A DNA stretch of 64,000 nucleotides from Myxococcales bacterium (GTDB lineage Bacteria > Myxococcota_A > UBA9042 > JABWCM01 > BTVJ01), in assembly GCA_045863395.1 (NCBI GenBank), contig BTVJ01000041.1, positions 1 to 64,000 of the forward strand, given 5' to 3'. Both the position numbers and the translations under genes were made by a program. Shown here one piece after another: positions 16,161-25,791 of the stretch. The notes below the pieces were generated by a model that was not told the DNA's origin, ran no database searches, and saw only the letters and a list, made by a program, of their open reading frames with translations. The first letter of the stretch is position 1, and each line of letters opens with the position of its first letter.

Positions 16161-17012
16161 TCAGCGGCCTCGCTTCGCCCTGCGCTCCGCGGCGTTCAGC
16201 GCCTCCCGCTCCGCCGCCAGCCGGACCAGCGCCGCCTGCATGGCCCCGTGTACCTGCTCGTGGCACCGCTCCACGTAGTCCGCGTCCTCGGCGGCTCCTT
16301 CCCCATGACGGTCGAAGTGGACCGGCGGCAGGACCTCCATGACCATACGACTCGGCCACGGAAAGTGGGGCGGCGTCGGCCCTATCGTGAGTCCCCACGG
16401 CAGGCTGAGCGCCACGGGCCACCGCTTCACGCGGAAAAGGCGGTCGGCGCCGATGGCCTCCGCGATGTGGCGGCCGTCGTCCAGGATGACGTAGGTCTCA
16501 TGCGCACCCGCCGTCACCACAGGCACGATGGGCGCCCCGGCGCGCAACGCGAGGCGGATGTACCCCCTCCGCGGCCCGAAGATCACCTTGTGCCGGTCGC
16601 GCCAGGAGCGCATGGCGTCCAGGTCCCCGCCCGGATAGACCAGCACCTTGTGGCCCTCCCGCAGGGCGCGGAGCCCGTTGTCCGGGCACGCCCGCACGGC
16701 GCCCATGGGGACGAAGAGCTGGTGGACGAGCGGCCACCGGATGGGCACCTCGTGCATGAGGCCGTAGGGCAGCGCCGAGACGCCGTGAGCCCGCAGGGCG
16801 GCGATGCCGAAGACGTAGGAGTCGGGGGTCAGCATGCCGGCGTTGTGGTTGCCCACGTACAGGGCCGTCCCGGCGGGGATGCGGTCCAGGCCGTGGATGA
16901 CGGGGCGGAACCAGCGCCACAGGAGCGGCTCCACGAGGGCGGCGATGCGCTCGATGCGGGCCGGGTCCCGGTTGTCCATCGAGTCGGTGTCGTACCAGCG
17001 CATGGGCGTCAT
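16161..17012 (-). CDS. Lysophospholipid/glycerol acyltransferase family protein (PlsC/DGAT2-like)
   Basis: LYVGNHNAG..D, VLVYPGG, GYIRLALRAGAPIVPV. Confidence 0.9.
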   Translation of the reverse strand: MTPMRWYDTDSMDNRDPARIERIAALVEPLLWRWFRPVIHGLDRIPAGTALYVGNHNAGMLTPDSYVFGIAALRAHGVSALPYGLMHEVPIRWPLVHQLFVPMGAVRACPDNGLRALREGHKVLVYPGGDLDAMRSWRDRHKVIFGPRRGYIRLALRAGAPIVPVVTAGAHETYVILDDGRHIAEAIGADRLFRVKRWPVALSLPWGLTIGPTPPHFPWPSRMVMEVLPPVHFDRHGEGAAEDADYVERCHEQVHGAMQAALVRLAAEREALNAAERRAKRGR

Positions 17013-18439
17013 CCTTTCACCACGATCAGTGGGACGAGCCGGGCCACCTTGCGGGCCAGGCCCGCGCCCGCCACGGCGTCGACCACGTCCGCCACGTCCT
17101 TGTAGGCTTCGCTGATCTCCTCGGCGACCGTCCGGGGGCTATCGCTGCGCACCAGGATGCCGCGCTGGGCCAGCTCCTGGAAGAGCGAGCGGCCCCGCGC
17201 CTCCTTGAGCGCCGCGTGGCGTGACAGGCGCCGCCCCGCGCCATGACAGCAGGAGCCCCAGGTCTCGCGCATGGCCCGCTCCGTGCCCGAGAGGACGAAG
17301 CTGTAGCGCCCCATGTCACCGGGGATGAGCACGGGCTGTCCAACCTGACGGTACCGCTCCGGCACGGACGGGTGCCCGGGCCCGAAGGCGCGCGTCGCTC
17401 CCTTGCGGTGGACGCACAGGCGCCGCACCTGGCCGTCCACCTCGTGCTCCTCCCACTTGGCGATGTTGTGGCACACGTCATAGACGAGCCGGAGGCCGAG
17501 CTGTCGCCAGCCGCGCCCCAGGCACCGCTCCAGGGCCTCCCGCACGAAGTGGGTCATCATCTGGCGGTTGGCGAACGCGTAGTTGACGGCGCAGGCCATG
17601 GCCGCGAGGTAGGCGCGGGCCTCGGGGCTCCCGAGCGGCGCCGCGCAGAGCTGCTTGTCGGGCAGGGCGATGCCGTAACGGGCCGAGGCGGCGAGCATGT
17701 CCCGCAGGGAGTCGTCGCAGACCTGGTAGCCCAGGCCACGGCTCCCCGAGTGGATCATGACGGTCACCTGCCCGTGGTGCAGCCCGTAGGCGGCCGCGGC
17801 GGCCTCGTCGTAGATGGCGTCCACCCGCGCCAGCTCGCAGAAGTGGTTGCCCGAGCCGAGCGAGCCGAGCTGAGGCAGACCCCGCTCCTTGGCCCGCTCC
17901 GATACGAGGCCCGGATCGGCTCCCCGGAGCTGCCCGTGCTCCTCGATGACCTCGAGATCGGCCGCGTCCCCGTAGCCGCTGCGCACCGCCCAGGCGGCCC
18001 CCTGGACCAGCACGTGGTCGAGCTCGCGTGGCGTCAGGTGGCGGTGGCTCCGGGAGCCCACCCCGGACGGGATGGCCTGGTGCAGCGCGGTCGCGACCGC
18101 CTCCAGGCGGCCGTCCAGCTCACCCGCGTCCAGGTCGCTGCGCAGGAGCCTCACGCCGCAGTTGATGTCGTAGCCCACGCCGCCGGGCGAGACCACGCCG
18201 CCCTCGCCGAAGGCCGCCACCCCCCCGATGGGGAAGCCGTAGCCCCAGTGGATGTCCGGCATGGCGATGGACGCGCCGACGATGCCGGGCAGGTGCGCCA
18301 CGTTGACGACCTGCTCGGGGCTCTTGTCCGCGCGGATGTCCTCGATGAGGGCCTCGGAGGCGTAGACGAGACCCGGGACAAGCATGGCGCCCCGGCGGGG
18401 AATGCGGTAGCGGTGCGCGTCGAGCTGCTCGAACTGCAT
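17009..18439 (-). CDS. rtcB: RNA-splicing/repair ligase RtcB
   Basis: MPDIHWGYGFPIGGV, GVGYDINCG, LGSLGSGNHF, HSGSRG, YDVCHN, HRKGAT, PGDMG, HGAGR, EAYKDV, VVKG end. Confidence 0.97.
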   Translation of the reverse strand: MQFEQLDAHRYRIPRRGAMLVPGLVYASEALIEDIRADKSPEQVVNVAHLPGIVGASIAMPDIHWGYGFPIGGVAAFGEGGVVSPGGVGYDINCGVRLLRSDLDAGELDGRLEAVATALHQAIPSGVGSRSHRHLTPRELDHVLVQGAAWAVRSGYGDAADLEVIEEHGQLRGADPGLVSERAKERGLPQLGSLGSGNHFCELARVDAIYDEAAAAAYGLHHGQVTVMIHSGSRGLGYQVCDDSLRDMLAASARYGIALPDKQLCAAPLGSPEARAYLAAMACAVNYAFANRQMMTHFVREALERCLGRGWRQLGLRLVYDVCHNIAKWEEHEVDGQVRRLCVHRKGATRAFGPGHPSVPERYRQVGQPVLIPGDMGRYSFVLSGTERAMRETWGSCCHGAGRRLSRHAALKEARGRSLFQELAQRGILVRSDSPRTVAEEISEAYKDVADVVDAVAGAGLARKVARLVPLIVVKG

Positions 18440-18453
18440 GGCAGCCTCCCTGT

Positions 18454-18864
18454 TCACACGTCGACGACCACGCGCGCGACGAGGCGCCCGCCCTCGCGCA
18501 CCAGGGTCAGTTCGTGCCACGTCGCGGCCTTGAGCTCCGTGCGCACGCGGTGCCAGGCGCCCTCCTCTCCGGACAGCCGCGCGTCGAGTCCCTCTGGCGT
18601 CACCGTCACGTCGGCCTCGGCGACCAGGAAGCCGCGGGTCACCGCCAGGTAGATGATCTCGTTCATCCACCGGATCAACCTGTCCTCGGGATCGCTGGAG
18701 GCAAGCTGGACGTGGCGCTCGACCTTCGGCTCGATGCGAGCGCCCTCGGTGAGGGCAGAGACGACGGCACGCGCCGCCTCCGCGAGCAGCGCCTCCTCCG
18801 TGTCGGCCCACAGCTCCAGGCGCAGATCCGCCGTGTGCTCCAGGTGGCGGTGGCCCGGCTTCAT
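18454..18864 (-). CDS. Archease (RtcB activator)
   Basis: LEHTAD N-terminus, ELKAATWH, C-terminal VVVDV; directly upstream of rtcB. Confidence 0.93.
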   Translation of the reverse strand: MKPGHRHLEHTADLRLELWADTEEALLAEAARAVVSALTEGARIEPKVERHVQLASSDPEDRLIRWMNEIIYLAVTRGFLVAEADVTVTPEGLDARLSGEEGAWHRVRTELKAATWHELTLVREGGRLVARVVVDV

Positions 18865-20294
18865 GGCGCGCTCCGCTCGCAGGCCAACAACCGCTGGTAG
18901 CGCTCCCAGCCTGGTCCCCCCTTGGCGGCGAGGCGCCGCGCCATGACGCGGTTCTCCTCGGCGCGGGCGAGCCGCTCGTAGGGGGACGCCCGCAGCTCGA
19001 GGGCGTCCAGGGAGGCGCCCGCGCGCTCCAGGGCTGCGGCGGCCTCGCTCAGGGCGCGGAGCTCTGGCCAGGTGTCGAGCGCGCTCGCGATGGCGACCCC
19101 GTCCCTGGCCAGGGTCGTCGCGAACTCCGGGTGCCAGGGGTCGTCGAGCACCGGCCATCGGGAGAGGAGCCGCCCCGCCGCCCTCCGGAACGCCGCCTGC
19201 TCCTCCCGCTCCGCCTCGTCCACCGCGCGCCGCGCCGCCTCGACCCCTGCGCGCAGATCGCGCTGGCGGCGCCTCGCCTCGCCCGAGCGCCCCGCGAGAC
19301 CGAGCGACTCGCCCAGGGCCCGCACCACCGCGTCCTCCTCCGGCAGGGCGACAGGCGCCTCCGGACCCGCGGCGGGCGCCTCGGCCCGGAGCCACCGCTC
19401 GGAGGTGGTCGTCGGCACGCCCAGCGACCGCATGGCGATGCGCGCACGGGTGTGGGCCTCGAGGAGCGACACGCGGCCGTCTCCGTCCAGGTCGAGGGTC
19501 GGGATCGGCAGCGGCTCCCCCGCGCGGTCCCGCCCCCGCAAGGCATTGAGCAGGTGGAGCGCGTACCCGTCGTGGGTGCGCCTGTCCGGGTCCGGGTCGC
19601 ACCCGCTGGCCTCGGCGTCCCAGGTGGAGGCGAACAGACCGCAGCGGTCCCCCTCCGCGGGGCCCGCCCCCGGGTCGGCCCCCTTGAACACGAGCTCAGC
19701 GAACCCTCCCGAATAGCAGGACGTGACGATGACCCGCACGCGCCGATCCGGTGGGGCCAGGTCCAGGACCTGCGCCAGGTCGGCGGGCCCGATCGCCTCG
19801 TCCCCCCACGTGAGCAGAGCCGCGTCCCGGGGACCGTTGCCTCGCTCGCCGTGGCCCATGAGCAGCAGCAGCGGCTCGCCCGTGACGAGGGACTCCACCG
19901 CGTCCAGGATGCCGTCTGCCGTGGCAGCCCCGTCGGGGCGCGCCGTGGTCGCGCGGTAGGTCGCGTCGCGCCCCCCCCGCGGCGAGAAGATGGCGCCGAG
20001 GCGCTGGAGCAGGTCGTCGCGGCTGGAGGTGCGCACCTGCACGGCCCGGGTCTCCGAGCCGCCGGCAAAGAGCAGGAGGCCGCTGCCTGCACCGAGCACC
20101 TCCCGCGCCAGCGCCAGATCCGCCTCGATGGACACCTGGTTCAGCTCGGGGGTGGGGCCGCCCCCCGCGGCGACCCAGCGGAGGGGCGCCGGGCGCACAG
20201 CGGGCGGTGGCTCGGCCTCCACGAGCAGCGGCGGCCGCAGCAGCGCCAGGCCCAGCAGAGCTGCGATCAACGGGCCGGGGGACGGCTGGCGCAT
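18861..20294 (-). CDS. Secreted caspase-fold (C13/legumain-like, clan CD) cysteine peptidase
   Basis: Signal-like N-terminus; LLLLMGHG (His) and VIVTSCYSGGF (Cys) dyad; DLDGDGRVS EF-hand-like loop; ATGA overlap with archease. Confidence 0.7.
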   Translation of the reverse strand: MRQPSPGPLIAALLGLALLRPPLLVEAEPPPAVRPAPLRWVAAGGGPTPELNQVSIEADLALAREVLGAGSGLLLFAGGSETRAVQVRTSSRDDLLQRLGAIFSPRGGRDATYRATTARPDGAATADGILDAVESLVTGEPLLLLMGHGERGNGPRDAALLTWGDEAIGPADLAQVLDLAPPDRRVRVIVTSCYSGGFAELVFKGADPGAGPAEGDRCGLFASTWDAEASGCDPDPDRRTHDGYALHLLNALRGRDRAGEPLPIPTLDLDGDGRVSLLEAHTRARIAMRSLGVPTTTSERWLRAEAPAAGPEAPVALPEEDAVVRALGESLGLAGRSGEARRRQRDLRAGVEAARRAVDEAEREEQAAFRRAAGRLLSRWPVLDDPWHPEFATTLARDGVAIASALDTWPELRALSEAAAALERAGASLDALELRASPYERLARAEENRVMARRLAAKGGPGWERYQRLLACERSAP

Positions 20295-20499
20295 GGTCTC
20301 CCTCGTGCGGGTCGTGGGTGCCGCTGCGGCGGCCGCAGTATGCCAGGGGCCACGGAGTGCGACAACGCGAGGTGTCAAGCGAGCCCCGCCGGGGCGCCAC
20401 TCCCGTTACGCCCCTGCCCCGCGGCCCCGACGAATTCCTCTCCCAGCTCCCGACCACATGGAGTATGGTGGCGCCACTTCGTCCAACGTGAGGAATGCG

Positions 20500-23400
20500 A
20501 TGCGCTTGCTCCGCACCGTCTCAGCGCTCCTGGCAGCCCTCGTCCTGCTCGCCGCACCGCCCCTGGCCGCCGACCTCGACCGCCGCCTCAGCGTGCAGGG
20601 CCGCATGGACACCGCCGCCGGCGCCCCGGCGAGCGGCACCTTCGATCTCACCGTGCGCCTGTTCCCGACCGACACGGGCGGCACCAGCGTCTACACGCAG
20701 GCGCTGACCGGGGTGGTCGTCGCCGCGGGGCTCTTCGACGCAGAGATCGGCCCCCTGCCGGCGGGCGTCCTGGAGGCGGCGGACTCCCTCTGGCTGGAGG
20801 TGCAGGTGGGCTCCGACACCCTCCCGCGCCGCCCGCTGCGCGCCGTGGCCTACGCCCTGGTCGCACAGCAGGCGCGGACCGCGCTCACCTCCGCCGACCT
20901 CGCCTGCAGCGGGTGTGTTGCGGCGGCGGAGGTCGCCTTCGGCTACGCCGCCTCGGACACCAAGGGAGGCGACGCGACGGGGCTCTCCTGCACCGGGTGC
21001 ATCGGCGCCACGCAGATAGCGGCCGGGTCCGTAGGCACGGCGCAGCTCGCCGTCGGGGCGGTCACCGCTGAGAAGGCGGCCTTCAACTACGCGGGGGCGA
21101 ACGCCGTCGGCGGACCGGCCAAGGACCTCGCCTGCACCCGCTGCGTGGGCTCGGACGACCTGGCGACGAGCCTCGCGCTGGTCGGCGACGTGGGCGTCGA
21201 GGGGAGCCTCACGGCCTGCCAGGCGGGGGCCCCCGGGTGCGCCGTGGGCGTGCGCGACACGAAGCTCACGGCCGCAGGCGACGGGTGGCTGACGGTGGGC
21301 GCGCCCATTGGAGTCCAGGTCCGCGACACGTCAGGCAGCGCGTACCGCCCCCTGGTCTTCGGCGGCGGCACCTCCGTCGGCAACCTGGAGGTCACCGGGG
21401 CGCTGGCCGCATCGACCGCCGTGGTCGGCGGCAGCGTCCAGGTGGCTGGAGACGCAGCGGCCTGCAACCAGTCGAAGGCCGGCGCCATCCGGTGGGTCGC
21501 CGGGTCGCTGGAGTTCCAGGGCTGCAACGGCGCAAACTGGGTGCGCCTCGACAACGCGCCCCAGCCCATCGTCACGGGGATCACGCCGTCGAGCAGCCCG
21601 CTGGCCGGCGGCCCGACGATCACGCTCACCGGCGCCAACTTCGCGGCCGGCGCCACGGTCGCCTTCGGCGGGCTGGCCTCTCCCAACGTCACCTTCGTCA
21701 ACTCGTCGACGCTGACCGCGGTCGCCCCGCCGGCCGCCGTGACCGGAGCGGTCGCCATCGTGGTGACCAACCCGGACGGCTCCGGGGGCGGCACGACGGG
21801 CTTCATCTACTACGCGCCCCCGGCGGTGTACGCGGGGTCCCTCTCGGAGGGCGTGGGGCTCCGCTACCAGTACTCGCCGCTGTCGGCGGGCTTCCTGAAG
21901 GCCAACTGGGCCCCTCAGCCCTGGGTGAGCGGGTACGTGGTGCAGGTGGGCACGAGCCCCGGCGGGTCCAACGTGGTCGGCCCCACCAACGTCGGCTCTC
22001 AGACGAGCTTCACGGCCAGCGGCTTGACGTTGCAGGGGGCCTGGAGCGGCACCTCGTACTACGTCACTGTCGCCTATCAGGGGCCCTCCGGCACCGTCAC
22101 GAGCGGCACCTCGGGGCCCCTCGGCATCGCCGAGGCCGTGAGCTGGGACGGCGTGGCGACCTCTGGCCTGCTCAACACCTCGTCCATCGGCGGCTACACG
22201 GCGAACTTCCCGTCCGGCAGCAACTGGACCGTGTTCTACGGCAACCACTACTTCGAGACGGTCACCATCGCCAACGGCACCACCGTCCGGGTGCAGCCGT
22301 TCGGGCTCGCCGACAGCGTCCCGGCCGGCGTCTCCCCGTCCGACTCGCGCGTGACCAGCCCCAAGGATGGCTGGCTCGGCATCTACGCCAACGAGATCAC
22401 GGTCGCCGGGGTCATCGACGCTCGCGGGCGAGGGTATGGGGGCGGCGCCGGGGCGGGAGCGACGAACGCGGGCTCGGGCCTTGGCGGCTCCAACGGGCTG
22501 TCGGGCAACGGAGGCGGCGGCGGCTCGGGGAATGGCGCCGGCGGCGTGGGCCGTGGCGGCGGCGGCGGCGGCGCGAACGGTTCGTGCGGCAGCGGCCCGA
22601 AGAACGGCGGCGCCGGCGGCGTCTTCGGCGGCGGCGGTGGCGGCGTCAGCGGCTTCATGTGCAACAGCAGCACTGGAGCGGGCCACGGCGGCGACGCCCA
22701 GAGCAGCGGCGCCGGAGGTAACGGGAGCGGAGACTGCGGCGGCGCCGGCGGCGCGGCCGACTACAAGGGCGGGCGCTCCACGCCGGTCAATGGGTCATCG
22801 CACTTCGGCGGCGGCGGCGGCGGCGGCTACGGCGCTGGCGGCGGCGGCGGCGGGTGCGCGGGCTACGGCGGCGGCGGCGGCGGAACGGGCGGCTTCCCGG
22901 CCAGCGCCTTCATCGCCTCGAACGCGAACAACAACAAGGGCGGCGGCCCGGCGGGCGGCCTCGGCGGCGACGCCAGCTCGTCGAGCGTCGGCATGTGCGG
23001 ACGAGCTGGAGGCTACAACGCCGCTGGCACCAACACGGACACCACGACGGACGCCTCCTTCCGCCTCGGCTCCGGCGGCGGTGGCGGCACGACGACCAAC
23101 GTCACGTCCGACTGCTGCGAGGGCGGCGGCGGCGGCGGCGCGGGCGGTGGCGCCGTGCGGCTCATCGCGGCGAACACGCTCAGCGTCACGGGGCAGGTGC
23201 TGGCCGGGGGCGGCGCAGGCGGCGCCGGGAACTCCCGCACCGGCGGCGACGCGGACAACGGCGGCGGCGCGGGCGGCGGCGGCGGCGGCATCGTGCTCTC
23301 GGGCGGCACCCTGGCGGTCACCGGCACGGTGCGGACGCTGGGCGGCCAGGACGGCTACTTCGTCGACTGCGGCAACGCCCTGACCTGCCCCGGGACCACC

Positions 23401-23544
23401 CGCGGCGGCTACGGTGGCGACGGCGACGCCCGGTCGGTCAACGGCGGCACGGTGAAGCTCTTCTACGGCGCCTTCAGCGGCACCAAGCCGACGACCGCCA
23501 GCGCCGGCCGGGTGCACGACGCGGGGGCGGGGAGCGCGCTCTGA
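20500..23544 (+). CDS. Secreted fibre/adhesin-like protein: N-terminal module, three LxCxxC repeats, IPT/TIG domain, FN3-like domain, glycine-rich C-terminal domain
   Basis: Signal peptide MRLLRTVSALLAALVLLAAPPLAA; PIVTGITPSSSPLAGGPTITLTGANF...VVTNPDG (IPT/TIG); long GGGGG runs from about 22430. Confidence 0.82.
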   Translation: MRLLRTVSALLAALVLLAAPPLAADLDRRLSVQGRMDTAAGAPASGTFDLTVRLFPTDTGGTSVYTQALTGVVVAAGLFDAEIGPLPAGVLEAADSLWLEVQVGSDTLPRRPLRAVAYALVAQQARTALTSADLACSGCVAAAEVAFGYAASDTKGGDATGLSCTGCIGATQIAAGSVGTAQLAVGAVTAEKAAFNYAGANAVGGPAKDLACTRCVGSDDLATSLALVGDVGVEGSLTACQAGAPGCAVGVRDTKLTAAGDGWLTVGAPIGVQVRDTSGSAYRPLVFGGGTSVGNLEVTGALAASTAVVGGSVQVAGDAAACNQSKAGAIRWVAGSLEFQGCNGANWVRLDNAPQPIVTGITPSSSPLAGGPTITLTGANFAAGATVAFGGLASPNVTFVNSSTLTAVAPPAAVTGAVAIVVTNPDGSGGGTTGFIYYAPPAVYAGSLSEGVGLRYQYSPLSAGFLKANWAPQPWVSGYVVQVGTSPGGSNVVGPTNVGSQTSFTASGLTLQGAWSGTSYYVTVAYQGPSGTVTSGTSGPLGIAEAVSWDGVATSGLLNTSSIGGYTANFPSGSNWTVFYGNHYFETVTIANGTTVRVQPFGLADSVPAGVSPSDSRVTSPKDGWLGIYANEITVAGVIDARGRGYGGGAGAGATNAGSGLGGSNGLSGNGGGGGSGNGAGGVGRGGGGGGANGSCGSGPKNGGAGGVFGGGGGGVSGFMCNSSTGAGHGGDAQSSGAGGNGSGDCGGAGGAADYKGGRSTPVNGSSHFGGGGGGGYGAGGGGGGCAGYGGGGGGTGGFPASAFIASNANNNKGGGPAGGLGGDASSSSVGMCGRAGGYNAAGTNTDTTTDASFRLGSGGGGGTTTNVTSDCCEGGGGGGAGGGAVRLIAANTLSVTGQVLAGGGAGGAGNSRTGGDADNGGGAGGGGGGIVLSGGTLAVTGTVRTLGGQDGYFVDCGNALTCPGTTRGGYGGDGDARSVNGGTVKLFYGAFSGTKPTTASAGRVHDAGAGSAL

Positions 23545-23626
23545 CAGGCGCTCGCGCCGCGCGAACGGTGGCGCCGAGAGTGCGTGCGGTTGCGCTGGGC
23601 GCGTCCGTGCGACACCATGGCGCCCC

Positions 23627-24910
23627 ATGACGGACGACATCCGCAAGCACCTCTCCGAAGCTGGCTCTTCGCTGCCCACGACAGCCCTCGGGCGCCTCGG
23701 CCGCACGGCCCGGGCCGCCTGGAGCGTGGGCCGGTCCCTCCGCGGCGGCGACCCTGACCAGCAGGCAATCCTGGACGCCGTGGCGCGGGTCGGGCAGCTC
23801 AAGGGCATCGCCATGAAGGCCGCGCAGATCATGAGCTACGTGGACGTGGCCCTGCCCGACGAGCTGCGCTCCGCCCTCGCGGTGCTCCAGACCTGGTCCC
23901 AGCCCATGCCCGTCGAAGAGGTGCGCGGCATCCTGCGCGCCGCCCTGGGCGAGCGGGCCGCGCCCCTGCTCGGCACCTTGGAGCCGGTGCCCATCGCGGC
24001 GGCCTCCATCGGGCAGGTCCACCGGGCGTCCCTGGCGTCGGGGCCCGTGGTCGTCAAGGTGCGCTACCCCCACATCGAGGACGCGATCCGCGCCGACTTC
24101 CGCCCCGCGGCAGCCGGCGCGCGCCTCGCCAGCCTGATGGTTCCCGGCGCCCGCGTGGACGACTTCATCGGCGAGGCCCGTTCGCGCTTCCTCGAGGAGT
24201 GCGACTACGCGCACGAGGCGCAGGCGCAGCAGCGGTTCCACGCGCTCCTGCGGGGCCACCCGGTGCTCGAAGTGCCGCCGGTGGTCCCGGACCTCTGCGC
24301 CACGAACGTGCTGACCATGGCGTTCATGGAAGGGGTCCACCTCGATACGTGGCTCGCCACGGACCCGAGCCCCGAGACCCGCGACCGGGTCGGGGTCGCC
24401 TTGTTCGACTTCTATGTGGGGTCGCTCTTCCGGCACGGGCTCTACAACTGCGACCCGCACCCCGGCAACTACCTGTTCAAGGACGACGGCCGCGTCGCAG
24501 TGCTCGACTACGGCTGCACCCGGGCCTTCGAGCCCCCCTTCGTGGCGGCGCTGGCGCGACTGACTCGCGCCGTACACGCCGACGAGCCAGCGCTGCTGCA
24601 CCGGGCCTGCCTGGACGTGGGCCTCGTCCAGGAGGGGCGGCGCTATGACGCGGCCACGGCGCGCAAGCTCCTGCGCGCCTTCTACGGGCCCATGCTCCGC
24701 GACGCGCACCAGGCCATCGATCTCGGCGAGGCGACCTCCATGGCAGAGATGATGAAGAGCAAGCGCGAGCTGCTCCGCCTGACCCTGCCCGGGGAGCTCC
24801 TGTTCCTGTTCCGCATCCGCTTCGGGCTGATGTCCGTGCTGGCCCGCATCGGGGCGCGGGCCAACTGGCACCGCCTGGAGCGCACGATCATCGACGAGAG
24901 CGGGCTGTGA
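23627..24910 (+). CDS. ABC1/UbiB/AarF family atypical kinase
   Basis: LKGIAMKAAQ, PIAAASIGQVHRA, VVVKVRYP, EECDY, DPHPGNY, LDYG. Confidence 0.93.
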   Translation: MTDDIRKHLSEAGSSLPTTALGRLGRTARAAWSVGRSLRGGDPDQQAILDAVARVGQLKGIAMKAAQIMSYVDVALPDELRSALAVLQTWSQPMPVEEVRGILRAALGERAAPLLGTLEPVPIAAASIGQVHRASLASGPVVVKVRYPHIEDAIRADFRPAAAGARLASLMVPGARVDDFIGEARSRFLEECDYAHEAQAQQRFHALLRGHPVLEVPPVVPDLCATNVLTMAFMEGVHLDTWLATDPSPETRDRVGVALFDFYVGSLFRHGLYNCDPHPGNYLFKDDGRVAVLDYGCTRAFEPPFVAALARLTRAVHADEPALLHRACLDVGLVQEGRRYDAATARKLLRAFYGPMLRDAHQAIDLGEATSMAEMMKSKRELLRLTLPGELLFLFRIRFGLMSVLARIGARANWHRLERTIIDESGL

Positions 24911-24916
24911 GGGGGG

Positions 24917-25720
24917 TCAGATCAGGGCGGCGCAGAAGAACACCACTGCCAGGGCGGCCTCGGCGATGCCGAGGGTCATCAGCCGTGGCAGCGGGCGCCC
25001 GAGCCGCGAAAAGCCCCACAGCGCGCGGGCGACGGCGGGCAGGTACGCCAAAGCGAGCCAGGGTGTGCCCATGGGGGAGACTGCGAGCGCTGCCAGGGTT
25101 GCGGCGTGCCACCCCAGGGTCGCCACCGCGAGGGGGCTCCGATGCACGGAGAGCCCACGGCGGCCTCGCTTCCACCCGTCGAGCAGCATCTTGACGAAGA
25201 GCATGCCCCCCCCGAACCAGGCGACCGACAGGGCCCAGACCGTCGCCGCCTGCGTGGCCGTGCCCCCGCCCACCATGACCGCGGCAGGCCCCGTCAGGGT
25301 CAGCGCCGGGACCGCCAGGAGCTCGCCCACCACAGAGCGGTCGAAGCGCTTCCCGCCGGGGCGAGCCAGCGCCCACAGCAGCGCGAGGAAGATGGCCCCC
25401 CCCACGGCGCCCAGGGCGAGCAGGCCGAGGCGCACCGCGGGGGGGACCAGCAGCAGCAGCGCAGCGCCGGATACGACCGCGACTGCGCCGCACGCCGCGA
25501 GCCAGGACACGGACGAGGGCGCCAACCTCCCCCGCACGCGGCGCCGGATCAGGTCCTGCCCGAGGAACACGGCGAGGGCCGCAACCGTGAGGAGCGCGTG
25601 CCGCCCGGACAGGCCGCCGACGGCCGCGCCCAGCATCAGCGGAAGCGCGAGCATCACCCACGCTCCGTGCTCCCGCGGCGCCTGCGCCTCGACCCTCTCC
25701 GCCACCCGCGTCGCTCCCAT
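24917..25720 (-). CDS. YwiC-like membrane protein
   Basis: PREHGAWVML N-terminal motif, multiple TM helices, C-terminal LGIAE; GGAGG RBS. Confidence 0.8.
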   Translation of the reverse strand: MGATRVAERVEAQAPREHGAWVMLALPLMLGAAVGGLSGRHALLTVAALAVFLGQDLIRRRVRGRLAPSSVSWLAACGAVAVVSGAALLLLVPPAVRLGLLALGAVGGAIFLALLWALARPGGKRFDRSVVGELLAVPALTLTGPAAVMVGGGTATQAATVWALSVAWFGGGMLFVKMLLDGWKRGRRGLSVHRSPLAVATLGWHAATLAALAVSPMGTPWLALAYLPAVARALWGFSRLGRPLPRLMTLGIAEAALAVVFFCAALI

Positions 25721-25757
25721 GGCAGCCTCCGTCCCCCGCGTCAGAAGCTGCCTCGTC

Positions 25758-25782
25758 AAAAATACGATGTCAAGGTCTTTTT
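25758..25782. promoter_or_regulatory. AT-rich imperfect inverted repeat AAAAATAC-N9-GTCTTTTT containing a minus-strand TTGACA, upstream of the ywiC-like gene
   Basis: Seen in sequence; the regulatory role is inferred from position. Confidence 0.45.
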
Positions 25783-25791
25783 ATTCACTTA

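Noticed and set aside
22430..23420. GGC-rich stretch as a DNA-level repeat element
   Set aside because: Fully explained by glycine codons of the secreted protein.
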